From Ensifer sp. (lineage in GTDB: Bacteria; Pseudomonadota; Alphaproteobacteria; Rhizobiales; Rhizobiaceae): a stretch of DNA of 64,000 nt. The translations under genes and the position numbers were made by a program. Positions 1 through 10,800 of the stretch are shown piece after piece. The DNA lies in contig NZ_DASYHB010000121.1 in NCBI RefSeq assembly GCF_035999185.1, positions 10,154-74,153 on the forward strand, read 5' to 3'. Each line of letters opens with the position of its first letter. Position 1 is the first letter of the stretch. A model generated the notes under the pieces. It had not been told where the DNA came from. It did no database searches and saw nothing but the letters and a program-made list of their open reading frames with translations.

Positions 1-2
1 AT

Positions 3-197
3 GATGGTGCGCTGCTGTCGGGCAGCTTCAACGAGCGCGTTGCCTCCGTTCCCTTGCCGCCGCGCGACAAGGCCTCGGTCATCGGCCTTGCCAAGGGCCG
101 GCGCAAATATGATGCGCTAAGGGCGGCCGTGAAGGGTGGAATCATCAACGGCCTCATCACCGATGAGGCGACGGCGAGCTACCTGCTCAACGCCTGA
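3..197 (+). CDS. smoC: 3' end of SorC/DeoR-family sugar-binding transcriptional regulator (SmoC-like), truncated by window start
   Basis: Frame from nt 3 reads ...KYDALRAAVKGGIINGLITDEATASYLLNA*, typical SorC sugar-binding domain C-terminus; lies directly upstream of the smo operon. Confidence 0.75.
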   Translation, partial: DGALLSGSFNERVASVPLPPRDKASVIGLAKGRRKYDALRAAVKGGIINGLITDEATASYLLNA

Positions 198-217
198 TCG
201 CAATACGAAACGTTTGA

Positions 218-243
218 AAAGGCCGGCCGACGCGCCGGCCTTT
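218..243 (+). terminator. Hairpin terminator after the regulator
   Basis: AAAGGCCGGC-cgacgc-GCCGGCCTTT inverted repeat 20 nt after the stop codon. Confidence 0.6.
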
Positions 244-321
244 CGCATTTGCGTAAAGAAAAAATCGGCAATCAAAACAACCTTCTAATGTTTCTGTGTG
301 CGGCGCAGCAACGATTGCGCA

Positions 322-375
322 TTGACAATTTGTCATGAGAAGTGAGTAATTGCCCATGAGCAAGGCAAATGCTCA
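322..375 (+). promoter_or_regulatory. smoE promoter region with TTGACA and candidate operator
   Basis: TTGACA at 322-327; imperfect inverted repeat TGAGTAATTGCC (343-354) / GGCAAATGCTCA (364-375) just upstream of the smoE RBS. Confidence 0.5.
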
Positions 376-396
376 TTTTCTTCTGGGAGGAAGTCG

Positions 397-1707
397 ATGA
401 ATTTGAGAACTTTCCTGCTGGGCACGTGCTCGGCAGTCGCTCTGTCGGGTCTGGCCCAAGCAGAAACCCTGACGATTGCGACCGTGAACAATGGCGACAT
501 GATCCGGATGCAGAAGCTGACGGAGGATTTCACGGCCAAGAATCCGGACATTCAGCTCGAATGGGTCACGCTTGAGGAAAACGTCCTGCGTCAGCGCGTG
601 ACGACCGACATCGCCACCAAGGGCGGGCAGTACGACATCATGACGATCGGCACCTATGAAGTGCCGATCTGGGCCAAGCAGGGTTGGTTGCTGCCGCTCG
701 ACAACCTCGGCGCCGACTATGACGTCGACGATCTGCTGCCGGCGATCCGCTCGGGCCTCACCATCGACGGCAAGCTCTATGCGGCACCGTTCTACGGCGA
801 AAGCTCGATGGTGATGTACCGCAAGGACCTGTTCGAAAAGGCCGGGCTCAGCATGCCCGACGCACCGACCTGGGACTTCATCGCCGACGCGGCACGCAAG
901 ATCACCGACAAGAACGCCGAGGTCTACGGCATCTGCCTGCGCGGCAAGGCCGGCTGGGGCGAAAACATGGCCTTCCTGACGGCGACCGCAAACGCCTTTG
1001 GCGCCCGCTGGTTTGACGAGAACTGGAAGCCGCAGTTCGATCAGCCGGAATGGAAGAACGCACTCGACTTCTACGTCAAGCTGATGAACGACGCCGGACC
1101 GCCCGGTGCATCCTCGAACGGCTTCAACGAAAACCTGTCGCTGTTCCAGACCGGCAAGTGCGGCATGTGGATCGACGCGACGGTGGCAGCGTCCTTCGTG
1201 ACCAATCCGAAGGAATCGACGGTTGCCGACAAGGTGGGCTTCGCGCTTGCTCCGGATACCGGTCTTGGCAAGCGTGGCAACTGGCTCTGGGCCTGGAACC
1301 TCGCCATCCCCGCAGGCTCGCAGAAGGTCGCTTCGGCCGAGAAGTTCATTTCCTGGGCAACCGGCAAGGGCTACCTGAATCTGGTGGCGGAGAAGGAAGG
1401 CTGGGCCAACGTTCCTCCGGGCACGCGCACCTCGCTCTACGCCAACGCCGAATACCAGAAGGCGGCGCCGTTCGCGAAGATGACGCTCGACTCGATCAAC
1501 GCGGCCGACCCGAAGAACCCGGCGGTGAAGCCCGTTCCCTATGTCGGCGTGCAGTTCGTGGCGATCCCGGAATTCCAGGGTCTCGGCACGGCGGTCGGCC
1601 AACAGTTCTCCGCAGCGCTTGCCGGACAGATGAGCGTCGACGATGCGCTGGCCAGCGCGCAGAAGCTCACCGAACGTGAGATGACCAAGGCCGGCTACAT
1701 CAAGTAG
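397..1707 (+). CDS. smoE: Sorbitol/mannitol ABC transporter substrate-binding protein
   Basis: Signal peptide, family-1 SBP, GGGAGG RBS, operon context. Confidence 0.92.
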   Translation: MNLRTFLLGTCSAVALSGLAQAETLTIATVNNGDMIRMQKLTEDFTAKNPDIQLEWVTLEENVLRQRVTTDIATKGGQYDIMTIGTYEVPIWAKQGWLLPLDNLGADYDVDDLLPAIRSGLTIDGKLYAAPFYGESSMVMYRKDLFEKAGLSMPDAPTWDFIADAARKITDKNAEVYGICLRGKAGWGENMAFLTATANAFGARWFDENWKPQFDQPEWKNALDFYVKLMNDAGPPGASSNGFNENLSLFQTGKCGMWIDATVAASFVTNPKESTVADKVGFALAPDTGLGKRGNWLWAWNLAIPAGSQKVASAEKFISWATGKGYLNLVAEKEGWANVPPGTRTSLYANAEYQKAAPFAKMTLDSINAADPKNPAVKPVPYVGVQFVAIPEFQGLGTAVGQQFSAALAGQMSVDDALASAQKLTEREMTKAGYIK

Positions 1708-1869
1708 GGCTCCCAAGGGCCCGGGGTGCCGGCCGCGAATGGCCGGTGCCCCGGTAATTCTCCTCCGGGTCGCTCTCCCGAAGGATATCCCGCGGCGCGC
1801 GCGGTGACCCGTGCGCGCCCGGTCCGAGCAATCAATACAGCGTTGAATTCCGTCATTTGGGGGGACGCC

Positions 1870-2742
1870 ATGGCGACCTTGCACACCCGCTCCGCCGCGC
1901 GGCTGATGATCGCGCCCTCGGTGCTTCTGCTTCTGGCCTGGATGATCGTTCCCCTGGCCATGACGATCTACTTCTCATTCCTGCGCTACAATCTCCTGAT
2001 GCCGGGCATGGAGGAGTTCGCGGGGTTTTCGAACTACAGCTACTTCCTCACTGATCCCGCTTTTTTCCAGGCGCTGTTCAACACGCTGGCGATCGTGCTC
2101 GGGGTGTTGTTCATCACCGTCGTCGGTGGCATTGCGCTGGCGCTTCTGCTCGACCAGCCGATGTTCGGGCAGGGGATCGTGCGCATCCTCGTCATCGCGC
2201 CCTTCCTGATCATGCCGACGGTGGCAGCACTCGTCTGGAAGAACATGTTCATGAACCCGGTCAACGGGCTCTTCGCTTGGATCGCCAAGCTCTTCGGGCT
2301 GCAGCCCTTCGACTTCCTCGCCAATGCGCCGTTGATGTCGGTGATCCTGATCGTCGCCTGGCAATGGCTGCCCTTTGCGACGCTGATCCTCCTGACTGCG
2401 CTGCAGTCGCTTGACGAGGAGCAGAAGGAAGCCGCCCAGATGGACGGCGCCGGCGCCTTTAGCCGCTTCATCTACCTGGTGCTGCCGCATCTGTCCCGCG
2501 CGATCACCGTCGTCATCCTGATCCAGACGATCTTCCTGCTCTCGGTCTTTGCCGAGATCCTGGTGACGACCAATGGCGGCCCGGGCACGCAGAGCACCAA
2601 CCTGACCTTCCTCGTCTATGCGCAGGCTCTCTTGCAATTCGACGTGGGCGGCGCGTCCGCCGGCGGCATCATCGCCGTCATCCTCGCCAACATCGTCGCA
2701 TTCTTCCTGATGCGCATGATCGGCAAGACGCTGGAGGCTTGA
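1870..2742 (+). CDS. smoF: Polyol ABC transporter permease
   Basis: MalF-type permease with EAA-like loop ([12 protein letters not shown]); start moved to ATG 1870. Confidence 0.9.
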   Translation: MATLHTRSAARLMIAPSVLLLLAWMIVPLAMTIYFSFLRYNLLMPGMEEFAGFSNYSYFLTDPAFFQALFNTLAIVLGVLFITVVGGIALALLLDQPMFGQGIVRILVIAPFLIMPTVAALVWKNMFMNPVNGLFAWIAKLFGLQPFDFLANAPLMSVILIVAWQWLPFATLILLTALQSLDEEQKEAAQMDGAGAFSRFIYLVLPHLSRAITVVILIQTIFLLSVFAEILVTTNGGPGTQSTNLTFLVYAQALLQFDVGGASAGGIIAVILANIVAFFLMRMIGKTLEA

Positions 2743-2747
2743 GAACC

Positions 2748-3578
2748 ATGGCACGCAACGTCTCCACCCAAAGAAAGATCGTCGTCACCGTCGTCGCCTG
2801 GACGATCGGCATCCTGATCTTCTTCCCAATCCTCTGGACGTTCCTGACGAGCTTCAAGACCGAGGCGGAAGCGATCGCCTCGCCGCCGTCCCTGTTCTTC
2901 TTCGACTGGACGACCGAGAACTATCACGAGGTTCAAAGCCGCTCGAACTACTTCCTGCACTTCATGAACTCGGTCGTCGTCTCCTTCGGCTCCACGCTGA
3001 TCGGGCTCATCATCGCCATTCCGTCCGCCTGGGCGATGGCGTTCTCGCCGACCAAGCGGACCAAGGACGTGCTGATGTGGATGCTCTCCACCAAGATGAT
3101 GCCGTCGGTCGGCGTGCTGGTGCCGATGTACCTGATGTTCCGCAACACCGGTCTGCTCGATACACGCACCGGGCTCGTCATCGTGCTGACGCTGATCAAC
3201 CTGCCGATCATCATCTGGATGCTCTACACCTACTTCAAGGAGATCCCCGGCGAAATCCTGGAAGCGGCCCGCATGGATGGCGCTTCGCTCTCCAAGGAGA
3301 TCATCTACGTGTTGACGCCGATGGCGATCCCAGGCATCGCCTCGACGCTGCTCTTGAACATCATCCTCGCCTGGAACGAAGCGTTCTGGACGCTGAACCT
3401 CAGCGCCGCCAAGGCAGCACCGCTGACCGCCTTCATCGCCTCCTATTCGAGCCCGGAGGGCCTCTTCTACGCCAAGCTCTCGGCCGCCTCGACCATGGCG
3501 ATCGCCCCCATCCTCATACTCGGCTGGTTCTCGCAGAAGCAGCTCGTACGCGGCCTTACCTTCGGCGCGGTCAAATAA
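2748..3578 (+). CDS. smoG: Polyol ABC transporter permease
   Basis: MalG-type permease, [12 protein letters not shown] loop. Confidence 0.9.
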   Translation: MARNVSTQRKIVVTVVAWTIGILIFFPILWTFLTSFKTEAEAIASPPSLFFFDWTTENYHEVQSRSNYFLHFMNSVVVSFGSTLIGLIIAIPSAWAMAFSPTKRTKDVLMWMLSTKMMPSVGVLVPMYLMFRNTGLLDTRTGLVIVLTLINLPIIIWMLYTYFKEIPGEILEAARMDGASLSKEIIYVLTPMAIPGIASTLLLNIILAWNEAFWTLNLSAAKAAPLTAFIASYSSPEGLFYAKLSAASTMAIAPILILGWFSQKQLVRGLTFGAVK

Positions 3579-3589
3579 GGGATACGACA

Positions 3590-4590
<1,001 letters not shown>

Positions 4591-4594
<4 letters not shown>

Positions 4595-5364
4595 AACGGC
4601 TTGACGGAAAGAGCGCGCTGATCACCGGGTCGGCGCGGGGGATCGGTCGTGCCTTTGCGGAGGCCTATATCCGTGAAGGCGCCACGGTCGCGATCGCCGA
4701 CATCAATATCGAACGGGCGCGCGAGACGGCGGCCGAGATCGGTGCCGGCGCCTATGCGGTCGAGATGGACGTGACGAGCCAGGCCTCGATCGACGAGGCG
4801 ATTGCCGCCGTCGTCCGGCAAGCGGGTGGGCTCGATATCCTCGTCAACAATGCAGCGCTCTTCGATCTTGCACCGATCGTCGAAATCAGTCGCGCAAGCT
4901 ATGACCGGCTGTTTGCGATCAATGTTTCCGGCACGCTGTTCACGATGCAGGCCGCAGCCAGGCAGATGATCGATCAGGGCAGGGGCGGCAAGATAATCAA
5001 TATGGCAAGCCAGGCGGGCAGGCGCGGCGAGGCGCTGGTCGCCGTCTACTGCGCTACCAAGGCGGCGGTCATCAGCCTGACCCAGTCGGCCGGCCTCGGC
5101 CTCATCAAGCACGGCATCAATGTCAACGCGATTGCGCCCGGCGTGGTCGATGGCGAGCACTGGGACGGTGTCGATGCGCTGTTTGCGAAATACGAGAACC
5201 GGCCGCTCGGCGAAAAGAAGCGACTTGTCGGCGCGGAAGTGCCGTTTGGCCGCATGGGAACGGCAGAGGACCTGACGGGCATGGCGATTTTTCTTGCGTC
5301 CTCTGAGAGCGACTACGTCGTCTCGCAGACCTACAACGTCGACGGCGGCAACTGGATGAGCTGA
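4591..5364 (+). CDS. smoS: Sorbitol (L-iditol) 2-dehydrogenase, SDR
   Basis: [17 protein letters not shown] motifs; ATGA overlap with smoK. Confidence 0.9.
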
Positions 5365-5406
5365 GCGCGCGCAAGCGAGCAAGGGCATCGAAAAGGAAAT
5401 GGGATC

Positions 5407-6885
5407 ATGACGACCAAACTCTCACTTGCCACCCTCGACCAGATCAGGGCCAAGGCCGGCGTGCCGCGCTACGACCGGTCGCATCTGACGGCTGGCATCG
5501 TGCATTTCGGCGTCGGCAATTTCCATCGGGCGCATCAGGCGGTCTACCTCGACGATCTCTTCAACGCCGGCCACGACCGGGACTGGGCGATCGTCGGCGC
5601 CGGGGTTCTGCCCTCGGATGCGACCATGCGCGCCAAACTCGCCGCGCAGGACTTCCTGACGACGGTCGTCGAGCAGGATAACAACCGCACCGGCGCCCAT
5701 ATCACCGGCGCGATGATCGACTATCTCGAGCCCGGCGACGTTGCTGCGATCGTCGGCCGGCTCGCCGATCCCGCGATCCGCATCGTATCGCTGACGATCA
5801 CCGAAGGCGGCTACTTCATCGACCCGGCCTCGGGCGTGTTCAACCCGACGCATCCGGCCATCGTTGCGGACGCCGCAAATCCGGGCGCGCCGAAGACGGT
5901 GTTCGGGCTGATTGTCGCCGGCCTGAAAGCCCGCCGCGACAAGAACATCCCGCCCTTCACCGTGATGTCCTGCGACAACATACCCGGCAATGGCGAGGTC
6001 ACCCATGCGGCGGTTTCCGGCCTTGCACGTCTTTCTGATCCTGCCTTTGCCGACTGGATCGACGCCAATGTCGCCTTTCCAAACGGCATGGTCGACCGGA
6101 TCACGCCGGCGACCGGCGCGCGCGAGATCGGCATTGTTGCCGACGATTACGGCATCGACGACGCCTGGCCGGTGTTCTGCGAGGAATTCAAGCAATGGGT
6201 GCTCGAAGACCATTTCCCGCTCGGCCGGCCGGCGCTGGAGAAGGTCGGCGTCCAGTTCGTACCCGACGTCGCGCCCTACGAGCACATGAAGATCCGCATC
6301 CTCAACGGCGGCCATGCGGCAATCGCTTACCCTGCCGCCTTGCTCGACATCCATTTCGTTCACGAGGCGATGGAGGAGCCGCTGATCCGAGCCTTCCTCG
6401 CCAAGCTCGAGCATGAAGAAATCATCCCCGTCATCCCGCCGGTGCCGAACACCAATCTCGGCGACTACTACAAGCTGATCGAGACGCGCTTCTCCAATCC
6501 GAAGATCGGCGACACCATTCCGCGGCTGGCGCAGGACGGCTCCAACCGCCAGCCGAAGTTCATCCTGCCGTCGACCGCGGATCGCCTCCAGCGCGGCGAA
6601 GATGTCGTCGGGCTTTCGCTGGTGTCGGCGCTCTGGTGCCGCTACTCTGCGGGCATCTCCGACAGTGGCAGGCCGATCGACTTCAACGACCAGAACGCCG
6701 ACCGGCTGAACAAGGCAGCGCTTGCTGCCAAGGACGATCCCATGGCTTTCCTGGCGCTTGGCGACATCTTCGGCGATGTCGCGCGCTCCGATCTCTTCTG
6801 CAGCCGTTTCGGGCACGCATTGAAAACCCTCTGGGAAAAGGGTACGCGGGCTACGCTCCAGCTCTATCTGGACGCGAAGCTTTAG
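5407..6885 (+). CDS. mtlK: Mannitol 2-dehydrogenase
   Basis: HFGVGNFHRAHQA, SCDN, MVDRITP, KIRILNGGH motifs. Confidence 0.9.
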   Translation: MTTKLSLATLDQIRAKAGVPRYDRSHLTAGIVHFGVGNFHRAHQAVYLDDLFNAGHDRDWAIVGAGVLPSDATMRAKLAAQDFLTTVVEQDNNRTGAHITGAMIDYLEPGDVAAIVGRLADPAIRIVSLTITEGGYFIDPASGVFNPTHPAIVADAANPGAPKTVFGLIVAGLKARRDKNIPPFTVMSCDNIPGNGEVTHAAVSGLARLSDPAFADWIDANVAFPNGMVDRITPATGAREIGIVADDYGIDDAWPVFCEEFKQWVLEDHFPLGRPALEKVGVQFVPDVAPYEHMKIRILNGGHAAIAYPAALLDIHFVHEAMEEPLIRAFLAKLEHEEIIPVIPPVPNTNLGDYYKLIETRFSNPKIGDTIPRLAQDGSNRQPKFILPSTADRLQRGEDVVGLSLVSALWCRYSAGISDSGRPIDFNDQNADRLNKAALAAKDDPMAFLALGDIFGDVARSDLFCSRFGHALKTLWEKGTRATLQLYLDAKL

Positions 6886-6896
6886 GGTGGGGTGCG

Positions 6897-7565
6897 ATGG
6901 CCGACGCGGCGTCCAGGCTGGTGATCTTCGACTGCGACGGGGTGCTCGTCGATAGCGAACCGATTTCGCTGGAGGTGCTGGTGGACGTGCTTTCGGCCGC
7001 CGGCGTCTCCATGACGACGGAGGAGGCGACAGAACGCTTTCTCGGACGCAGCCTGAAAAGTATGTCGGCGATCCTGCACGACGAGTATGGGCTTGCCACC
7101 GACGACGCCTTTCTCGAAGGCATGCGCCTTCGCCTTTATGACCGCTTTCGCACCGAGCTGCAGCCGATCGCCGGTATCCGGCGGGCGGTCGAGGGGCTCA
7201 AGGGTGCCTGTTGCGTCGCCTCATCCAGCCAGCCTGAGCGCATTCGTCTGTCGCTGACGGTGACCGGTCTTATCGACCTCTTCGAGCCCAATATTTTTTC
7301 GGCCACCATGGTCAAATACGGCAAGCCGGCGCCGGATCTGTTCCTGCATGCAAGCCGCGAAATGGGGTATCTGCCTGGGGATTGCGTCGTCGTGGAGGAC
7401 AGCCCGGCGGGCATCGAAGCCGCCAAGGCGGCCGGTATGCGAGTTTTCGGCTTTGCCGGGGGCAGCCACGCGCGCACGGACAAGCACTGGCAAAGTCTTG
7501 CCGCTCTCGAGCCTGACGTGCTGTTTGACGACATGGGCGAATTGTTACAGTTTGTCGGCCAATAG
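6897..7565 (+). CDS. HAD-family phosphatase
   Basis: FDCDGVLVDS motif I, KPAPDLF, VEDS; ATG at 6897. Confidence 0.85.
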   Translation: MADAASRLVIFDCDGVLVDSEPISLEVLVDVLSAAGVSMTTEEATERFLGRSLKSMSAILHDEYGLATDDAFLEGMRLRLYDRFRTELQPIAGIRRAVEGLKGACCVASSSQPERIRLSLTVTGLIDLFEPNIFSATMVKYGKPAPDLFLHASREMGYLPGDCVVVEDSPAGIEAAKAAGMRVFGFAGGSHARTDKHWQSLAALEPDVLFDDMGELLQFVGQ

Positions 7566-7579
7566 CAGGGACGGAACGG

Positions 7580-7629
7580 GAGCGGAACGAGGAAATGTGT
7601 GCGCGGTCTTCCGCCCGCATGCCGCTCTC
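7580..7629. repeat. RIME-like rhizobial palindromic repeat (degenerate)
   Basis: GAGCGGAACGAGGAAATGTGTGCGCGGTCTTCCGCCCGCATGCCGCTCTC, closely similar to the copy at 27835-27886. Confidence 0.7.
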
Positions 7630-7711
7630 ACGGATGACAATCGATCACGCCTGTGATTCTGGGTAGAGCAGACCCAAATCATCGTGATTTTGGGGGCGGG
7701 GACTTTCTTTG

Positions 7712-9295
7712 ATGCGTGAATTCGTCGTTGCGGTCGATGTTGGTACCGGCAGTGCGCGCGCCGGCATCTTTGACCGGAAAGGCCTGCTGCTGGCGCGTGC
7801 CGACCTGCCGATCGCCATGAACCGGCCGGAAGAAAACCACGCCGAACATGATTCCGAAGATATCTGGCGGGCCGTGTGCGGTGCGGTCAAGGCGGCGCTG
7901 AACAAGGCCGGCATTGCGGCCGAAAAAGTCGCGGCCATCGGTTTCGATGCGACGTGCTCGCTGGTGGTACGCGATCGGGAGGGAAAACCGCTTTCGGTCA
8001 ACCGCAAGGGTGAGGCGCGTTGGGATACGATCGTCTGGCTCGACCATCGGGCACTTGCCGAGGCTGATTTCGTCACGTCGACTGGCCACCCGGTGCTCGA
8101 TTTCTCCGGCCGGGTGATGTCGCCGGAAATGGAAATGCCGAAGCTGATGTGGCTGAAGCGCAATCTGCCGGGGCAATGGCAGAAGGCCGGGTTCTTCTTC
8201 GATCTTGCCGACTACCTCTCCTGGCGGGCGACCGGCAGCGCCGCCCGCTCACGCTGCACGCTGACGGCGAAATGGAACTATCTGGCGCATGAGAAGCGCG
8301 GCTGGCAGTCGGACTATCTCGAAAAGATAGGGCTTGAAGATCTTGTCGAACGCGGCGGGCTGCCCGAAGAGACGCTACCGATTGGAGCCTCGGTCGGTCA
8401 CCTCAGCGCTACGGCCGCTGCCGAGCTCGGGCTGGATGAGGGCTGCCAGGTGGCGCCGGGCCTGATCGACGCCTATGCCGGGGCGCTTGGCGTCGTCGGC
8501 GGCTTCATCGGCAAGCCGGAAAAGCTTGAAAAGCAGTTGGCCCTGATCGCCGGCACCTCGAGCTGCATCGTCGCTTTTTCCAAGGACATGAAGCCGGGCT
8601 TTGGCATGTGGGGCCCCTATTACGAAGCCGTTCTTCCCGGCGCCTGGCTGATCGAGGGCGGGCAATCGGCAACGGGTGCGCTGCTTGACCATATCGTGCG
8701 CCTTCATGCCGGCGGCTTGGAGCCGACGGCGGACACCCATGGCCGGATCATCGCCCGCGTCCAGGAACTGCGCGCGGAGCAGGGAGTAGCCTTTGCCGAT
8801 CGCCTGCATGTGCTGCCCGATTTCCACGGCAACCGATCTCCGCTCGCCGACCCGCACGGGCTCGGCGTCATCAGCGGGCTGCCGCTTGATTCCTCCTTCG
8901 ACGCGCTCTGCCGGCTCTATTGGCGGACCTGCGTTGCGATCGCGCTCGGCATTCGCCACATCCTGGAGATGATGCGGGAAGTCGGTTATCAGCTCGATAC
9001 GTTGCACGTCACCGGCGGCCATGTGCGCAACGCGCTGCTGATGGAGCTCTACTGTGACGTGACCGGGTGCCGCGTTGTGGCGCCCGAGGCGCCGGACGCG
9101 GTGCTGCTCGGGACAGCGATGGCGGCGGCCGTTGCCGGCGGCATGCACGAAGACCTTGCGGCAGCGGGTGCGGCCATGGCGTCGGGCGGCCACGAGCGCT
9201 TGCCGAACTCGGCGGTCCGCGACGCCTATGATCGCGACTACCGCCGCTTCCTGGCGCTTTACCGCCACCGCGACGAACTCGACAACATCGAGTGA
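7712..9295 (+). CDS. FGGY-family carbohydrate kinase (ribulokinase-like)
   Basis: VDVGTGSARA, FDATCSLV, WLDHRA, GTSSC, PDFHGNRSP motifs. Confidence 0.88.
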   Translation: MREFVVAVDVGTGSARAGIFDRKGLLLARADLPIAMNRPEENHAEHDSEDIWRAVCGAVKAALNKAGIAAEKVAAIGFDATCSLVVRDREGKPLSVNRKGEARWDTIVWLDHRALAEADFVTSTGHPVLDFSGRVMSPEMEMPKLMWLKRNLPGQWQKAGFFFDLADYLSWRATGSAARSRCTLTAKWNYLAHEKRGWQSDYLEKIGLEDLVERGGLPEETLPIGASVGHLSATAAAELGLDEGCQVAPGLIDAYAGALGVVGGFIGKPEKLEKQLALIAGTSSCIVAFSKDMKPGFGMWGPYYEAVLPGAWLIEGGQSATGALLDHIVRLHAGGLEPTADTHGRIIARVQELRAEQGVAFADRLHVLPDFHGNRSPLADPHGLGVISGLPLDSSFDALCRLYWRTCVAIALGIRHILEMMREVGYQLDTLHVTGGHVRNALLMELYCDVTGCRVVAPEAPDAVLLGTAMAAAVAGGMHEDLAAAGAAMASGGHERLPNSAVRDAYDRDYRRFLALYRHRDELDNIE

Positions 9296-9326
9296 CGACG
9301 ACTGGCGAAAGGTTGGCGGGGCGGAT

Positions 9327-9351
9327 GGAACCTTTTTCTGCGCCGCGCATT
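9327..9351 (+). promoter_or_regulatory. Candidate sigma-EcfG (RpoE2) promoter
   Basis: GGAAC-N16-CATT, one mismatch to GGAAC-N16/17-CGTT; no substantial ORF downstream. Confidence 0.55.
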
Positions 9352-9359
9352 CTCCTAGC

Positions 9360-9488
9360 GACCGGACGGTGGCGCGCATCGCCCCCAATGCGGCGCCGGA
9401 GGCAGACCGCCGGCCTACAACTCACACTCCCCGAGTGAGTTGCACATACCAGCCAGTGCCTTCCCTCGGCACTGGCTGTTGTGTTTCT
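9360..9488 (+). ncRNA. Candidate trans-acting sRNA with C-rich anti-Shine-Dalgarno loops
   Basis: Stem CAACTCAC/GTGAGTTG with loop ACTCCCCGA (9418-9442); 10-bp stem AGCCAGTGCC/GGCACTGGCT with loop TTCCCTC (9451-9477) and a U/G-rich tail; ends are estimates. Confidence 0.55.
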
Positions 9489-9560
9489 GGAGTTCAAATG
9501 GGGAAACCAAAGCACCTGTCGCCTGGGGCATAACTGGAGAATAGTGCCGTGATGCACACA

Positions 9561-9592
9561 AAAATGCGCCGACGGACAGGCCATCGGCGCAT
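9561..9592 (-). terminator. Terminator of phyR
   Basis: AAAAATGCGCCGA...TCGGCGCAT; hairpin plus U-run when read on the minus strand. Confidence 0.6.
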
Positions 9593-9666
9593 GGAGAAGG
9601 ATGCTTCGTTTCAGCGGCGACAGGCCATTTCGCCGTCCTCGTGGAACGACGAAATGACCTGTCTGC

Positions 9667-10461
9667 TCAGGCCGCCGCCTTGGTTGATTCGTTGAAGAAC
9701 AGCGCCTGGCTGATCAGCGCCTTGACCATGTCGGGGTTGAACGGCTTGGTGACAAGGAACGTCGGCTCCGGTCGCTCGCCGGTCAAAAGCCGTTCCGGAA
9801 ACGCGGTGATGAAGATTACCGGAATGGCGCTCGTTTTCAGGATGTCGTTGACCGCGTCTATGCCCGAGCTGCCATCGGCAAGCTGGATGTCGGCGAGCAC
9901 CATGCTCGGGCGGGTTTTCTTGTAGAGCGCAATCGCTTCGTCGCGTGTGCGGGCGATGCCGGTAACGCGATGGCCAAGGCTTTCAACCATCTGCTCGATG
10001 TCGATGGCGATCAGCGGCTCGTCCTCGATGATCATGATGTCGGTTGCCACCTGCCTGGAGATCTCCTGCGAGGCGCGGTCGAGCAGGCCGCCGACCTTGT
10101 CGGTAGCAACATCGAGAACCTCGGCCGCTTCCTCGGGCCGGAAACCCTCGACGGAGACCAGCAGAAAGGCCTGACGGGCAAGCGGAGAGACCGTCGCAAG
10201 GTTGATCGATGCCCGCTGCTCCCAGGCAAAAGGCGAGATCGGTTCCGGTACCAGGACGGACGAAGAGCCGAAGAGCGACGTGAACAGCCGGAACAGGCCA
10301 ACGCGATCGTTGCTTGCCTCGGGGAAAATCGACACATCGGCGATCAGCGCTTCAAGAACGGCGGCCACATAGGCGTCGCCTGACGTCTGCGAGCCCGTCA
10401 GGGCGCGTGCGTAGCGTCGCAGGTACGGCAGGAGCGGTGCGATCCGCGTGGACAATGTCAT
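9667..10461 (-). CDS. phyR: PhyR anti-anti-sigma factor (sigma-like domain plus receiver)
   Basis: N-terminal LPYLRRYARALTG sigma-like domain, C-terminal receiver (IIEDE, LADIQLADG, TKP); divergent from nepR-ecfG. Confidence 0.95.
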   Translation of the reverse strand: MTLSTRIAPLLPYLRRYARALTGSQTSGDAYVAAVLEALIADVSIFPEASNDRVGLFRLFTSLFGSSSVLVPEPISPFAWEQRASINLATVSPLARQAFLLVSVEGFRPEEAAEVLDVATDKVGGLLDRASQEISRQVATDIMIIEDEPLIAIDIEQMVESLGHRVTGIARTRDEAIALYKKTRPSMVLADIQLADGSSGIDAVNDILKTSAIPVIFITAFPERLLTGERPEPTFLVTKPFNPDMVKALISQALFFNESTKAAA

Positions 10462-10504
10462 AGGGTGAACTCCCTCGAAATTCATTTTACGGTGACGTTC
10501 CGAG

Positions 10505-10529
10505 AACGCTGGCCGGAAAAAAAGGTTCC
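10505..10529 (-). promoter_or_regulatory. sigma-EcfG promoter of phyR
   Basis: Minus strand GGAAC-N16-CGTT, exact consensus. Confidence 0.85.
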
Positions 10530-10534
10530 GCGAG

Positions 10535-10560
10535 GGAACATTTCAATTTTCAAAGGCGTT
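10535..10560 (+). promoter_or_regulatory. sigma-EcfG promoter of nepR-ecfG
   Basis: GGAAC-N17-CGTT, exact consensus. Confidence 0.85.
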
Positions 10561-10597
10561 ATGGCGGCTATGGACACTCGAAGGCGACATTTTGAAA

Positions 10598-10792
10598 ATG
10601 AAGTATAAATCAGGTGCAGGGCGGGCGACCGGCACGACCTTATGGACAGAAGACCCAAATGCGCAGATCGCAGCAAAGCTGAAGGCGCTTTATCAGTCCG
10701 TACAGGAAGAGGCGATTCCCTCGCGTTTTCTCGATCTTCTGGAAAAACTCGACGCGGCCGAGCAGCAATCGGCGCTGCAGGGCAGGGAGTGA
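10598..10792 (+). CDS. nepR: NepR anti-sigma factor
   Basis: QIAAKLKALYQSVQEEAIPSRFLDLLEKL NepR core, directly upstream of the ECF sigma gene. Confidence 0.92.
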   Translation: MKYKSGAGRATGTTLWTEDPNAQIAAKLKALYQSVQEEAIPSRFLDLLEKLDAAEQQSALQGRE

Positions 10793-10800
10793 GTACCGGA

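Noticed and set aside
1714-1830. GC-rich hairpins between smoE and smoF
   Set aside because: Ordinary intercistronic stabilisers after a binding-protein gene; no riboswitch features
373-1884. Long antisense ORF (503 aa) opposite smoE, and similar shadows such as 5422-6816, 11330-12907, 34228-36192 and 40061-41179
   Set aside because: Expected stop-free antisense frames of GC-rich genes; no motifs, and they overlap clearly recognisable genes
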